Shown here in pieces: positions 34,914 to 52,058 of a DNA stretch of 64,000 bases. Each line of letters opens with the position of its first letter. Position 1 is the stretch's first letter. The stretch comes from the human T2T-CHM13v2.0 reference genome, Homo sapiens: the NCBI RefSeq assembly GCF_009914755.1, contig NC_060929.1. One strand, written 5' to 3'. The position numbers were made by a program, and so were the translations under genes. Under the pieces are notes generated by a model. The model did not search any database and was not told the DNA's origin. It worked only from the letters and a program-made list of their open reading frames with translations.

Positions 34914-35429
34914 ATATATTAGAGTATGAAATATTCTAATATATCCTTGCCTACTTCATAGTGGGCACTTAATGAATCAATAAAGATTAGGTATGTTATG
35001 AACCTGTTTTGTGCCTGAAACCAGTTCAATTGTCAATTGGTGTATTTCATTTTGATGTTTCTTTTCATTTAGTTACCAGAAAATCAAAAATATCTTTTTA
35101 AAAATCTAGATTATTTCTATTGCTTTCTACTTATTCAGGGTTTCCATTAGTATACAGTAAATTTTATGATGTATGCTATTAATTATAAGTATTGAAACTC
35201 ACTTCCTGGGCTATCTTTATCCTTTGCTCTCAGATTGACTGTAGGAGTAACGTTGTCTGTAGATGTTGTGGAGTAGTTGTCTCTGAGATGGTCATGATTC
35301 TGTTGGTTAAAAATCTTTGAAAAAGGTTAATTAGGCAGGGTGAAAACATTAGTGCTAGGCATATTATTAGGAGATGGCCCAGTGAAAGTTAAATATTTTT
35401 TGTAAAATATATTTTGTAAAAGTTACAAA
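34914..35429. repeat. Composite insertion made of copies of 35895-36009 (inverted), 35449-35636 (direct) and 37392-37552 (direct)
   Basis: Alignments by eye; flanked by gtaaaagttacaaa at 34900-34913 and 35416-35429. Confidence 0.9.
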
Positions 35430-36894
35430 GTTTAAGATATAGTGATTGCAATTGATGTATTTCATTTTGTTTCTTTTTATTTAGTTACCAGAAAAAGAAA
35501 GTCAAAAATTTTTTTTAAAAATCTAGATTATTTCTATTGTTTTCTACTTATTCAGGGTTTCCATTAGTATACAGTAAATTTTATGATGTATGCTATTAAT
35601 TATAAGTATTGAAGCTCACTTCCTGGACTATCTTTAGTTATAGTTGTTAAGAGCAATTATTTACTAGACCGAAAATTGCTCAAAGACATCTTTTCTGTGT
35701 GTTGTGTGGAGGGAAGAGGGAGTGGAATCTTGATGTTATTGTACCTATACAGCCTTAAAGTATATTCTTTCATTCATTTTATAGTACTAAGTTTAGATAA
35801 CAAATAGCAATTTAACCTTCTCCAATCTCTATTTCTTCATCTGTTAAAACCACCCGGAACAGTTATGCAGACTAAAGAAGTTAGTATATGTGAAGACACT
35901 TGAACCGGTTTCAGGAACAAAACAGTTCCTAATATACCTAATCTTTATTGATTCATTAAGTGCCCACTATGAAGTAGGCAAGGATATATTGGAATATTTC
36001 ATACTTTAAATTTCTGAGGCACATTCATGACTAGGTCAGTAGCAGAACCCGAAGCATGACCCAGTAACCTTGTTACATACTAGTATTCTGTCCCTAACAA
36101 TGGTTTGTGAGAAGTCCTTTATGTACTTCCTACCTAGGCTATCGGGAGCCTTTCTACCAGAAACTCAGAACTATTACAGCACTGACTAGTCAGCAATACC
36201 AGCATCATCTGCAGCACATGAAGATTCTTGCTGGGCTAGAGGTCTGTATGAGGCACCCTGGCTCTAGTTCCACCATGTTTCTCTTCCCTGACCCATGGTG
36301 CTTCACTACCATTCCAGTCATGACTTTGCTTTTCCGCATAGGAAATAGGAGCCTCATAATAAATATGCCATAGAACAAAATGACTGACAGATAATATCCT
36401 GCTATAGGAACTAGGGGGATAAGTAACCCATTTGCTAGATTTGTGTGACAATGAGTGTAATTTTTGTGATTTATTTAAGGTAAGAATGTCCATATCTTCT
36501 TTAAAAGATTAGGCAACACAATAAAATAAATGTATGTGTTATGCTAGCATCATAAGGACATCTTGACATTTCTTTTCATTTTATGACAAGTGTTTTACAA
36601 GTTTCTCTCTAATGTTTTCAGAAATCAGTAGTTAAGTATATAAAATTATGATTCTATATCTCTGGAAAAAATTACAGAAACCTTTCTTTAGGTGATTAAC
36701 TTCAATATTTTCAAAGTTCATAGATCTTAAATGTTAGCTTAAATTTTAAGCCATCAACCTTCTGACACTTCCAGCTTGCCCTATACATGACACAAGCATA
36801 CTCCCACAATCAGAGACTCAGGGACTTTCCTCATGGGATGAACTGAAGGGATATGGTTGGGCACTGACAGTATCTTGGTAGAGTAAGGAATGCT

Positions 36895-37310
36895 TGTAAG
36901 AGTTAAAGAAAGAGAAAAGAAACATGAAAAGCAGCTTAACAGTCAAAGACAAGTTTATTTTGGAGAATAAATCTGAGAGGGTCTTCTGGCTGATTTCGAT
37001 CAGGAGCATTCTCTCTTACAGATTAAAGGTATTTAAGGGTTTAGAGGGTGGGAACTTACTGCAGGCTCGGAATGTTTCTGTGTGAAGGACAGTTTGATTG
37101 TGGGGTTGGAATGTCTCTGGTCAGAGGGGAGGTTATCTCAGGATTGGCATGTTTCTGGTCACAGGGAGGTTTATCTCAGGGTTGGAATGTTTCTGGCCAT
37201 GCTGACATTAGCCATTAGGCTGTTTTGGGGCTGGATTTAGACGGTTTTTAATCAAAGGGGAACTTAAAATGATGGTGTTTGCCCAAGATGGTGATGCTCC
37301 TGCTCTGTCA
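36895..37310 (-). mobile_element. MER61-like (ERV1) 3' LTR
   Basis: Minus strand begins tgacagagcaggagcatcaccatcttgggcaaacacc, has AATAAA and ends in ttaca. Confidence 0.8.
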
Positions 37311-37722
37311 ATCCACACCCTATAGTTATAAAAGGACAAGGGGCAGTGTGTTCTTTCCGGCTACTTCCTGCTGAGGTGGGGACGGAGAATTCTTTGGTCT
37401 CAGATTGACTGTAGGAGTAACGTTGCCTGTAGATGTTTTTGGGTAGCTGTCTGTGAAATGATCATGATCCTGTCGGTTAAAAATCTTTGAAAAAGGTTAA
37501 TTAGGCAGGGTGAAAACATTAGTACTAGGCATATTATTAGGAGATGGCCCAGGAATGGGATGACCCATGATATGATTTTGTTCCCAAACCAAGAATCTAT
37601 TTGGTTGTTTTGGTATTCTTTTAGCATTTTAGCCCTTTCTTTAAGTTTTTCAGCAGCATTTCTTAGTTGGTCCAATTGGATGAGATAGAAGCAACATTCA
37701 TGGCAATGTTCCTGCTCTGTCA
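37311..37722 (-). mobile_element. ERV internal remnant: env TM C-terminus plus ~23-bp stub of the 5' LTR
   Basis: Reading frame ECCFYL...SWVIPFLGHLLIICLVLMFSPCLINLFQRFL resembles gamma-type Env TM. LTR start repeated at 37700-37722. TSD atgct at 36890-36894 and 37723-37727. Confidence 0.8.
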
Positions 37723-38101
37723 ATGCTAATGAGTCAAAAACATTTAAGATTGTTTCAATCTGTGTGACTGAGAGGCAAGTAATAGAATAAGTAAAGTCAA
37801 AAAGAACAGCAGTGTTTGGACTCTAAATCTAGTCTTGGTAGCACTGGGCAAGTGAGGCTATTGGGACAATCAGAAACGTGTCTGAAACCTGAGAACTGAT
37901 GTGGGTAATACACAGCATGAACAAGGCTGAGGTTGGTAACAGGAGAAAAATTGACATCTAGGAGGCAAGAAGAAAAAAGACCCCCTAAAAAATAAGCATA
38001 AAGATTGAAAGAGAGCCAGATTTTAGTGGCATTGAACTAATAGCATTACGCTAATTTTGTAACATAGAATTTTTATCCAAGTTAATTTTCTTTGAATATT
38101 A

Positions 38102-38178
38102 TTAGGTTGGGGCAAAGTAGTTGTGGCTTTTGCCATTGAAAGTAATAGCAAAAGCCACAATTACATTTGGACCGATAA
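38102..38178. mobile_element. MADE1 (Hsmar1-derived MITE), palindromic
   Basis: ttaggttggggcaaagtagttgtggcttttgccatt...aatagcaaaagccacaattacatttggacc; TA flanks. Confidence 0.85.
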
Positions 38179-39134
38179 TAATTCAGAGATGTACCAAAGT
38201 TTATGGAATATTAAATTTTAGGATATTAAGTTGCACCTATTGCTGATTTAAGAGTGGCAATAAGATGAAATATACAGATTAATATTTACTAAAATAGACA
38301 CTGTTTCCTGAGATTCAGTTTTCTAGTACTGCTCAATATTTTTCCACTTTCAGAAATATTATCCTCAGGACAGCCATAGAACAAACGTCAAAAACTTACA
38401 ACTAGATTTTAACTCGATTTTATTTTAGTTAAACAAGGTTTTAGCCACTCGGAATTAACTAAATTCAAACCTAGTTTTAACACCACCTTAAAAGCATTAT
38501 TTTAAATCACTTGAAATTAACTAAAAAGAGAGAATTTTGTATAAATGCCTGCATAAAAAGGAAACAAGGCCTCAAACAACCTAAATGTTTACCTTAAGGC
38601 ACTAGAAGAAAAAACTAAGCCCAAAGCTAGCAGAGGGAAAGAAATAATAAATGTTAGAGCACAAATTAATCAAATAGAGAATAAAAAAAGAATAATCAAT
38701 AAAACTGAATATATTTTTTAAAAAGATAAATAAAATTGACATAACTTTAGTTAGACTAAGAAAGAGGACTCAAATTCATAGAATCAGATATAAACGAGGC
38801 AACATTACAACAGATGCCTGAGAAATATGAAGAATCATAAGAGACCATTATTAACAAACACATGCCAACAAATTAGATAAGCTGAAAGAAACAGGTAAAT
38901 TCATAGAAACACACAACCTACCAAAACTGAATCCAGAAGAAAAATAAAGCTTGAACAGACCAATAACAAAGATGAAGACTGAATTAGTAATTAAAAATCT
39001 TCCAAAGAAGAAAAGCATAGGGCCAGATGGCTTCACAGCTGTATTCTATCAAACATTCAAAGAAAAATTAGTACTAACCCTTCTTAAATTCTTTCAGAAA
39101 ATAAAAAAAGGAACACTTCAAAACTTACTTTATG

Positions 39135-41497
39135 AGCTTATCCACTACAACCAAGTCGGCTTCATCTCTGGGATACAAAGCTGGTTCAACATATACAAAT
39201 CAATAAATGTAATTCATCACATAAGCAGAACTAATGACAAAAACCACATGATTATCTGACTAAATGAAGAAAAGGCCTTTGATAAAACTCAACATCACGT
39301 CATGTTAAAAATTCTCAATAAACTAGGTATTGATGGAGCATATCTCAAAATAATAAGAGCCATTTATGACCAACCCACAGCCAATATCATACTGCATGGG
39401 CAAAAGCTGGAGGCATTCCCTTTGAAAACTGGCATAAGACAAGGATGCCCTCTCTCACCATTCCTATTCAACACAGTATTGGAAGTTCTGGCCAGGGCAA
39501 TCAGGCAAGAGAAAGAAATAAAGGGTATTCAAATAGGAAGAAAGAAAGTCAAATTGTCTCTGTTTGCGTACAACATGATTCTATATTTAGAATATCACAT
39601 CATCTCAGCCCAAAATCTCCTTAAGCTGATAAGCAACTTCAGCAAAGTTTCAGAATACAAAATCTATGTGTAAAAATCAAAAGCATTCCTATACACCAAC
39701 AATAGAAAAGCAGAGAGCCAAATCACAAATGAACTCCCATTCACAATTGCTACAAAGAGGATAAAATACCTAGGAATACAGCTAGCAAGGGATGTGAAGG
39801 ACCTCTTCAAGGAGAACTACAAACCACTGCTCAAGGAAATAAGACAGAATACAAACAAATGGAAATATGTTCCATGCTTGTGGATAGGAGGAATCAATAT
39901 CGTGAAAATGGCCATACTGCCCAAAGCAATTTACAGATTCAATGCTATTCCCATCAAACTACCATTGATATTCTTCACAGAATTTGAAATAACTACTTTA
40001 AAATACGGAACCCAAAAAGAGCCTGAATAGCCATGACAATCCTAAGCAAAAAGAACAAAGCTGGAGACATCATGCTACCCAACTTCAAACTATACCACAC
40101 GGCTACAGTAACCAAAACCGCATGATACTGGTACCAAAACAGACAGATAGACTAATAGAACAGAATAGAGATCTCAGAAATAAGACCATGCATCTACAAC
40201 CATCTGATCTTTGAGAAACCTGACCAAAACAACCAATGGGGAAAGGATTCCCTATTTAATAAATCATGCTGGGAAAACTGGCTAGCCATATGCAGAAAAT
40301 TGAAACTGGACCCCTTCGATATACTTTATACAAAAATTAACTCAAGATGGATTAAAGACTTAAATGTAAAACCCAAAACTATGCAAACCCTAGAAGAAAA
40401 TCTAGGCAATACTACTTAGGATATAGGCACAGGAAAAGATTTCATGATAAAAACACCAAAAGCAACTGCAACAAAAGCAAAAATTGACAAATGGGACCTA
40501 ACTAAAAAGCTTCTGCACAGCAAAAGAAACTATTATCAGAGTGAACAGAAAACCTACGAATTTGAGAACATTTTTGCAATCTATCCATCTGACAAAGGTC
40601 TAATATCCAGAATCTGCAAAAAACCTTAAATATACAAGAAAAAAAACATCAAAATGTGGGCAAAGGACACGAACAGACACTTCTCAAAAGAAGACATTCA
40701 TGTGGCCAACAAATATATGAAAAAAAGCTAAACATCATTGATCATTAGAGAAATGCAAACCAAAACCACAGTTAGATACCATCTCACACCAGTCAGAATG
40801 GCAATTATTAAAAAGTCAAGAAACAACAGGTGCTGGTGAGATTGTGGAAAAATAGGAACACTTTTACACTGTTGGTGGAAATGTAAATTAGTTAATCCTT
40901 TGTGGAAGACAGTGTGGCAATTTCTCAAGGACCTAGAACCAGAAATACTACTCAAGCCAGCAATCCCATTACTGGGTATATACCCAAAGGAATATACATC
41001 ATCCTATTATGAAGATACATGCACGTGTATGTTCATTGCAGCACTATTCACAATGGCAAAGACATGGAATCAACCCAAATGCCCATCAATGATAAATTGG
41101 ACAAAGAAAATGTGGTATATATACACCATGGAATACTATGCAGCCATAAAAAGGAAAAGGATTATGTCCTTTACATGGACACAGATACAGCTGGAAGCTG
41201 TAATTCTCAGCAAACTAACTCAGGAAAAGAAAACCAAACACTGCATGTTCTCACTCATAAGTAGGAGCTGAACAATGAGAACATGTGAACACAGAGAAGG
41301 GAACAACACATACCAGGGCCTGTCTGGAGGGTGGGAGAAGGGAGAGCATCAGGATAAATAGCTAATGCATGTGGGGCTTAATAGCTAGGTGATGGGTTGA
41401 TAGGTGCAGCAAACCGCCATGGCATACATTTACCTATGTAACAAACCTGCACATCCTGCACATGTATCCCAGAACTTAAAATAAAATAATTTTTTTA
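39135..41497 (+). mobile_element. 5'-truncated L1PA (L1PA12/13-like)
   Basis: RT fragments 39302-39673 and onward; 3'UTR gggagagcatcaggataaatagctaatgc; degenerate TSD aaaactt..ttt.tga on both sides. Confidence 0.82.
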
Positions 41498-42035
41498 AAA
41501 AAACTTTTTTTGTGAAGCTAGCATCATTTTTATACCAAAACTAGAAAAAGACAACACAAGTAAATAAAGCTAAAGGCCAATATCCCTGATAAACATAGAT
41601 GCAAAAGTTCTCAATAAAATACTAACAAGTCAAATTCAATGGCACATTAAAAGGATCATAACCATGACCAAGTGGTATCTATTCCTGGGATACAAGTATG
41701 GTTCAACACACACAAATCCATCAAGTGATACATTACACTAACAAAACAAAATGGGGAAAAATCACCTCAATAAATGAAGAAAAAGCATTTGAAAAGTTCA
41801 ATACTCATTCATGATTAAAACCCTTAACAAAATAAACACAGAAAGAATTTACCTTAACACAACAAAGGCCATATATAAAAAGTACTGCTAGTATAATCAA
41901 TGGGGAAAAATGGAAAGCTTCTGTCTCAGATTCGATACTAGACAAGTATGCCCACTCTCACCATTTCTGCTCAGCATAGTACTGGAAGTCCTAAGCAGAG
42001 CAATCAGACAGAAAAAAAAAGAAACAAAAGTTATC

Positions 42036-42150
42036 TAACTCAGAAAAGAAGAAATAAAATTAACTCAGAAATAAACTCAGAAATTAACGCAGAAATGACT
42101 CAGAAATAACTCAGAAATAAAATTAACTCAGAAAAGAAGAAATAAAATTA
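42036..42150 (+). repeat. Short tandem repeat array, core (t)aactcagaaa, ~6 units
   Basis: Directly visible, inside L1MA ORF2. Confidence 0.85.
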
Positions 42151-42282
42151 TCTTTGTTTGCAGTTAACATAATAATATATGCAGAAAACCTTAAAGACTA
42201 AACAGAAATTTTATTAGAACTAAGGAAAATTCAGTAAAGTTCCAGGATACAAAATCAGGATACAAAAATCAGTAGCATTTCT

Positions 42283-42585
42283 TTCTTTTTCTTTTTGAAA
42301 CAGTCTCACTCTGTCACCCAAGCTGGAGTACAGTGGTTCAGTGGCACGATTATGGCTCACTGCAACCTCTGCCTCCTGGGTTCTAGCAATTCTCCTGCCT
42401 CAGCCCCCCCAAGTAGCTAGGACTACAAGCGTGTGCCAACATGCTCAAGTAATTTTTGTAATTTTGGTAGAGATGGGGTTTCACCATGTTAGCCAGCCTG
42501 GTCTCGAACTCCTGGGCTCAAGTGATCCACCCACCTTGACCTCCCAAAGTGCTGAGATTACAGGTGTGAGCCACCATGCCCAGCC
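42283..42585 (-). mobile_element. Alu (AluJ/S-like) with 16-bp TSD
   Basis: TSD aatca(g/a)tagcatttct at 42267-42282 and 42586-42601. Confidence 0.92.
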
Positions 42586-42813
42586 AATCAATAGCATTTC
42601 TATACAATAATAACAAACTACAGAAATTAAGAAAATAATTCATTATAGCAACACAAATAATAAAATAGGAATAAACTTAACAAAAGAGGTTAAATACTTG
42701 TACAATGAAAATTCTAAATTTCATTACTGAAGGAAATTAAAGAAGACACAGATGAATAGAAAGGCATCCATTGTTCATGGATTAGAATTAGTATTGTCAA
42801 AATTTCCACACTA

Positions 42814-45652
<2,839 letters not shown>

Positions 45653-46304
45653 AGAAATAGAAAAAAAAATATTAAATTCACAGGAAATCTATAGAGACTT
45701 GAATAATGAAAGCAGTCCTGAGTAAGGAAAACAAACCTGGAGGCATCACACTTTTTGACTTCAAAATATGTTACAAAGCTACAGTAAAGTAATCAAAACA
45801 CTATGGTGATGGCATAAAAACAGACACATAGACCAACAGAAGAGAATAGAAAGCTGAGAAATAAATCCACCTAGTTACAGTCAATCGATCTTTGACAAGG
45901 ATGCCAAGAACACACAAGGGGAAAAGAATAGTCTCTTCAATAAATAGTGTTTGGAAAATTAGACAGCCATATGCAAAATGAAATTAGACCTTTATCCCAG
46001 ACAATATACAAAAATGTATTCAAAATGTATTAAAGGCTTAAAAGGAAGACTGGAAGCCATAAAACTATTAGAAGAAATTATGGGAGAAAAATTTCTCGAC
46101 ACTGGTTTGGGCAATGATTTTTAAAATATAACACCAAAAGTATGAACATCTAATGCAAAAATTGACAAATGGGATTGCATCAAACTAAAAAGCTTCTGCA
46201 AAGCAAAGGAAACAATTAAAAAACTAAAGGCAGCCTATGAATGGGAGAAAATATTTGCAAGCCTTACCTCTGATAAGAGTTTAATATCCAAAATATATAA
46301 AGAG

Positions 46305-46837
<533 letters not shown>

Positions 46838-47586
46838 TTATCAGGGAAATGCACATCAGATGGAAGTGAGATATCATCTCACACCTGTTAAAGTGACTAT
46901 TATCAAAAGGAAAAGAAAAGATGTGTTCCAATGATGTGGAGAAAAGGGAACCCTTGTACACCGTTGATGGAAATGTAAACTGGTACAGTCATTATAAAAA
47001 AACAGTACAAAGGTTCCACAAAAAATTTAAAAGTACAACTACCTTATAACCCAGGAATCCTACTTCTGGGTATAAATACAAGGAAAATGAAATCAACATC
47101 TTTAAGAGATATCTTCACTCCGTGTTCATTGCAGCATTATTCGCAATAACCAGGATATGCAATCAACCTAAGTGTCCATCCATGAATCTATGGATAAAGA
47201 AAGTGTGGTATATATACACAATGGAACCTTATACAGTCTTTAAAAGGAAAAAATCCTGACATTTGTGACAATATGGATGAATCCAGAAGCCATTGTGCTA
47301 GGTGAAATAAACCAGACAGTAAAAGACAAATATTGCATGATCTCACTTAAATGTGGATTCTGAAACAACCAAACTCACAGAAATAGAAAGTAGAATGGTG
47401 ATTTCCAGGGACTGGTAGTGGAAGGGAAAAATGAGGAAATGTGAATGATAGGTCTGAACTTTCAGTTATGCAAGTCTCAGTTATGCAAGTTCTGGAGACC
47501 TTACATGTAGCAATGTGAATATTGTTAACAGTACTGTATTGTACACTTAAAATTTGCTAAGAGAGTAGACCTTAAATGTTCTCATT

Positions 47587-47617
47587 ACACACACACGCAC
47601 ACACACACACATACACA
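47587..47617. repeat. (CA)n microsatellite at L1MA 3' end
   Basis: Imperfect CA run. Confidence 0.85.
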
Positions 47618-49524
47618 AATCAATGATTAGGAAATTTTTAAAATTAAAGACAGCATATTTTGTGAAAAGCTAGTTTATAATCCTAGCTATTGTATTCATT
47701 ATTACATACCCGTAATATAGTCATTTGGTCCAAACAACTTTTGCCTTTCTTTAATAAGAAAGTTGTTTCCATTTTTTCCTAATTCAGAAAGAACTTAAAA
47801 TGGCACTGCCACTGCAAAGTTAGCTATTGTTGGGATTGCAAATGTTGCTCTCCTAATCGATACCGTACTTCAGGTCCAGGTGCCTAGCAGTTTTGTGACT
47901 ACAGAAAATATAAGGCAATAAAAGCATGCCAGAAATGTGCTAGCAGGAAGACAAAGGAAAAAGACAATGAGGTCCTTTTTGAGAGATTCTTCAGGCTTAT
48001 TATCTCTCATTGTAGTATCTTAGCAGCATAAAGAACTGGTTTTCTTTTTTTGTTTAATGTTAAAACTTCTAATATCCAGATATCAAATGAACTCCGTGAT
48101 AATTTTAGTAGATTAGTTCTCATTTTTTCAGCCTTTTAGCTTAAGCCTGCTTATCAGTAATGGAAAAATGATGATTACTTTCTTCAGAGTGTTTTACGGT
48201 AACTTATCCACAGATATTAGGTTAACAAAGCCATGTGGAGCACATAGTTCTTAAAGCCCATATTGAGCCAAAATTTATCTCACATTAAAAAATCACAGAA
48301 CTTGCCTTTCTGACCAATTCCTGATTATTTTCATGCCACAAGCTGACAATATTTAGTTTTCTATCAAATAAATTTAAGGTCGTGCTTCTGACCATAAAGT
48401 ATTCTGTCTCCACATATTTTTATTACTTTGTTTAAAAATGTTTACTCCCATAGGATTTTGTGTGTATGTACAAAAGCTAGAAGTTATAATATTTAATCAA
48501 TTACAAAGCAGATTTACTTTCAAAAACTTTTGCATAGATGCTAGAAATGACTAAATGCATGTCTATAAAAGACTGAAAAAAAACTTGGCAATGAGACAAA
48601 AGACTTTTTGCATTCCCTTGATTGCCTAAATTCTTCACTTTGGAGCTGATTATTCTGGCATCATGTAGAGTGTAGACAGAATATTAGTATTCTGTCTATT
48701 CTAAATTTCCAGACAAATCACAGTTCTCACAAATTGGCACTTGGACAATGTCTTCAAACTCCATGTTTCACTTTGAGATCCATCCATTTTTGGGCAACCT
48801 CATCTTACGTACACAGGAGAAGTAGAGTGAAAGAGGATATCCTACGAAAGGTGTCTCAAAGCTTCAGCAATCACAACTGAAGGAACATTCTAGATATTGC
48901 ACTAAAAAATTCACTAAACCCTTGTAAGTCATTTTTCCCTTTAAAATAATCACTTCTGCTCTAAGAATCAAGAGGTTGTTTAACTTTTAGTCTTTATCAA
49001 AAAATATTCAGTTTGAAATGTCAAATAGTTCTGAAAGCGTAACAAAAACAAGTTTTCACGTATCCCTACCTCTTCACCTCTCCCACACACAATCACCATC
49101 CTACTTACCATAGGCAACCATTTTCATGTTTATTGCCTATTTCATGTTATTTATTTACTTCTCTATTACTAAATAATATATTTGTTGTCAGATCTTTGTT
49201 CATCAATTCTAGCTATCATCCTTTTGCTTCCCATTATAGTAAGTGAAAATATCAGGTCCCTTACAATCTATCTTGCCCTCCACTGATCTACCCAACATAA
49301 TATAATTTTTGCCTAATCTCTATTTATTCATGTATTGTTTGTATTACCACATATTTCTTCACCAAATAAGTATATTAAAATTATGTGTCTTTCCTGTCAA
49401 TCCTTGTGTAGTGTTTGCCTGGCAATTTTTTTTACTTGCATGTTACTTATTTTTGAACCACAGGCAGTTTTTCCTGAAACAGGACCATTTTCCCATAATG
49501 AGCTAAAAGCGCTACTTGGGAAAA

Positions 49525-50199
49525 TGTAATTAAAATAAAATCTCGTCCCCGTCCAGAAAACTTCTTCACAAAGGTAAAAGAGAAATAAAGCAATTTTATT
49601 ATCTAACAAGCATTAAAACCAGAATGTGATGTGCATCATAGCATAATCCACTAAAGAGATTGCAAGAGCAGAAAGGTTTATCGCACTGTTATACAGCCAA
49701 ATAGATACAACTCACATGCATATTCTCTGAATAAACAATAACTAGTTCCCCAGTAAGAGGACCTATCAGCACCATCTGTCATACGTAGAATTAAGATTTG
49801 TAAATTTACTTAATAACTGAATTGGCTTTATCCAAAGGAAAAATAAACTTCTCATATCTTTATAACAGGAGGTAGTTTGAGACCAAGGACCTGACTACCT
49901 TAGGTTCCTTCCCTTCCACACAACCTAGGAGATAGGGGCTTTATCTTCCTTGATGATTACATTTCAAAGAGATGGTTCCCAGGTTTTGAAGAAAAAGACA
50001 TTCCTGGGTCATTAAATGGGCAAAAGGCTCTTTTGGCTTTTGAAAAGATTTACATACATTTCAAAGATACAGAAATAAGTTACAATTACAGGTTTTCTAA
50101 AATAAAAGCTCTAAGCAAAGGGAGGGGAGAGAGGTCTCTTACCTTATTTTCAACAGGAAGAATTAAACCTTTTATTTTTAATTTGCATTTGCCTTTACA
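49525..50199 (-). mobile_element. MER67-like (ERV1) solo LTR
   Basis: Minus strand begins tgtaaaggcaaatgcaaattaaaaataaaagg; TG..CA termini; AATAAA near the 3' end. Confidence 0.6.
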
Positions 50200-50733
50200 C
50201 ACCCCATCGTGTAGTAGCAAACTCATAAAAGCCCTGTGGAATATTTAAAAATTTTTAGAAAAGCAAAGCAATACTTCATATCTGTTGAACTTTGTACAAA
50301 CTGCTAGATTGAGGAATTCAGAGTCTTAACATTTAATTGTACTGTATTCCTTAGGTGACGTTGTATCTTTGCAAAGTTGGGTCTTCAACAATCGCTATGA
50401 TAAAAAGAAATTACCTGTGAAAATCAATGTGAGATATAAAAGGAGGAAGTCGGTATCCAATCCAGTTTCGAGGTTTAAGTTGTGCAGTCTCCGGAAGGTA
50501 CACACATTAGTAATTGTGATTATTTAAGAATGAAATAAAAATATATTAATATACTTTATGAGTATTGCTTTCGTATAACTATCTAATTTTAGGAAATAAA
50601 TATTTACTAATTTTTGGACCTATTTAGTTAATAAAAAAAAATGTTAGCCATTTCTTAGGGTCTAGGTATTCCAGGAAAAAAAATTACGGAAACATTAAGT
50701 TTGCTGTGAACAGAGAAAATGTGGTAACCCCTG
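50200..50733 (+). mobile_element. Probable hAT-Charlie DNA transposon remnant (likely begins ~49461, split by the LTR)
   Basis: tatctttgcaaagttgggtcttca...atgataaaaagaaattac resembles a hAT C-terminal coding remnant; ends gtggtaacccctg. Confidence 0.4.
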
Positions 50734-50817
50734 GACTAGTATCTAATCTATGCAAAACTGCTGTACTAATTTATAGGGTTACAGTAAACTCACCTCGGTG
50801 TGTACACCTTTTCTTCA

Positions 50818-51091
50818 TTTTTTTTTCTTTGAGACGTAGTCTCCTCTTTCACCCAGGCTGGAATGCAATGGCATGATCTCGGCTCACTGCAACCTCCGTT
50901 CCCGGGTTCCAGCAAGTCTCTTGCCTCAGCCTCCTGAGTAGCTGGGATTACAGGCACCCGCCATCATGCCCGGTTAATTTTTGTATTTTTGCAGAGACAG
51001 GGTTTCGCCACGTTGGCGGGGTTGCTCTTCAGCTCCTGACCTCGGCCTCCCAAAGTGCTGGGATTACAGGCGTGAGCCGCCGCGCCCGGCC
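50818..51091 (-). mobile_element. Alu (AluS-like) with a small left-arm deletion
   Basis: Reverse-complement Alu; approximate TSD cc(t/c)tttcttca. Confidence 0.9.
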
Positions 51092-51666
51092 CCTTTCTTC
51101 ACATTAATGGCAGAAAGATATTTGCTCCCTCCTATCCTCTGAGAGTTAAGGCTATATTCATTAGAATGGGAAAAATTTGAAGTCAATCTTTTTACCTAGG
51201 AGGAAAAAAACACAAATCCAAGATGGCGCCTAACTTATGCTTTGTTTACCCTCCCCACCCCCAGCAGGGGTCCGCTGCTCTATTGTCATAGGAATAACAA
51301 GGCTTATTATTCACATTTATATGTGCATGAGAGTGAATTTATGAAAAAATAACTTTCCACCAAAATAGAAACATCCATCCAACAGAGCACCAGACCACCT
51401 GGGCCTATTAATTCACTGAAAATTGGGAAAATGCTCTCAAAACACATCCCTTCATAAACCAAATAGTTATTAAAGTACAGCAGTTTTGTGACTGGTGAGG
51501 AGGATATGACATTGGAAAAGTCCAATCTTCAGCTAGATAAGTATAGCCCATTGCATTTCCATTCTTGGTGATTTTATGTATACACATTGTGTATCTGCAA
51601 TGTAGCTAATTATCCAACCCATAAAGGGAAATAGATAAGGAAAGAAACAAGGAAAAGAAAAAAGTT

Positions 51667-52058
<392 letters not shown>

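Noticed and set aside
42036-42150. CRISPR-like repeat array
   Set aside because: Units are adjacent with no unique spacers, there are no cas genes, and the context is eukaryotic L1
47462-47490. 15-bp tandem duplication (also 42243-42270, 46590-46660, 58070-58108)
   Set aside because: Ordinary slippage duplications inside old repeats
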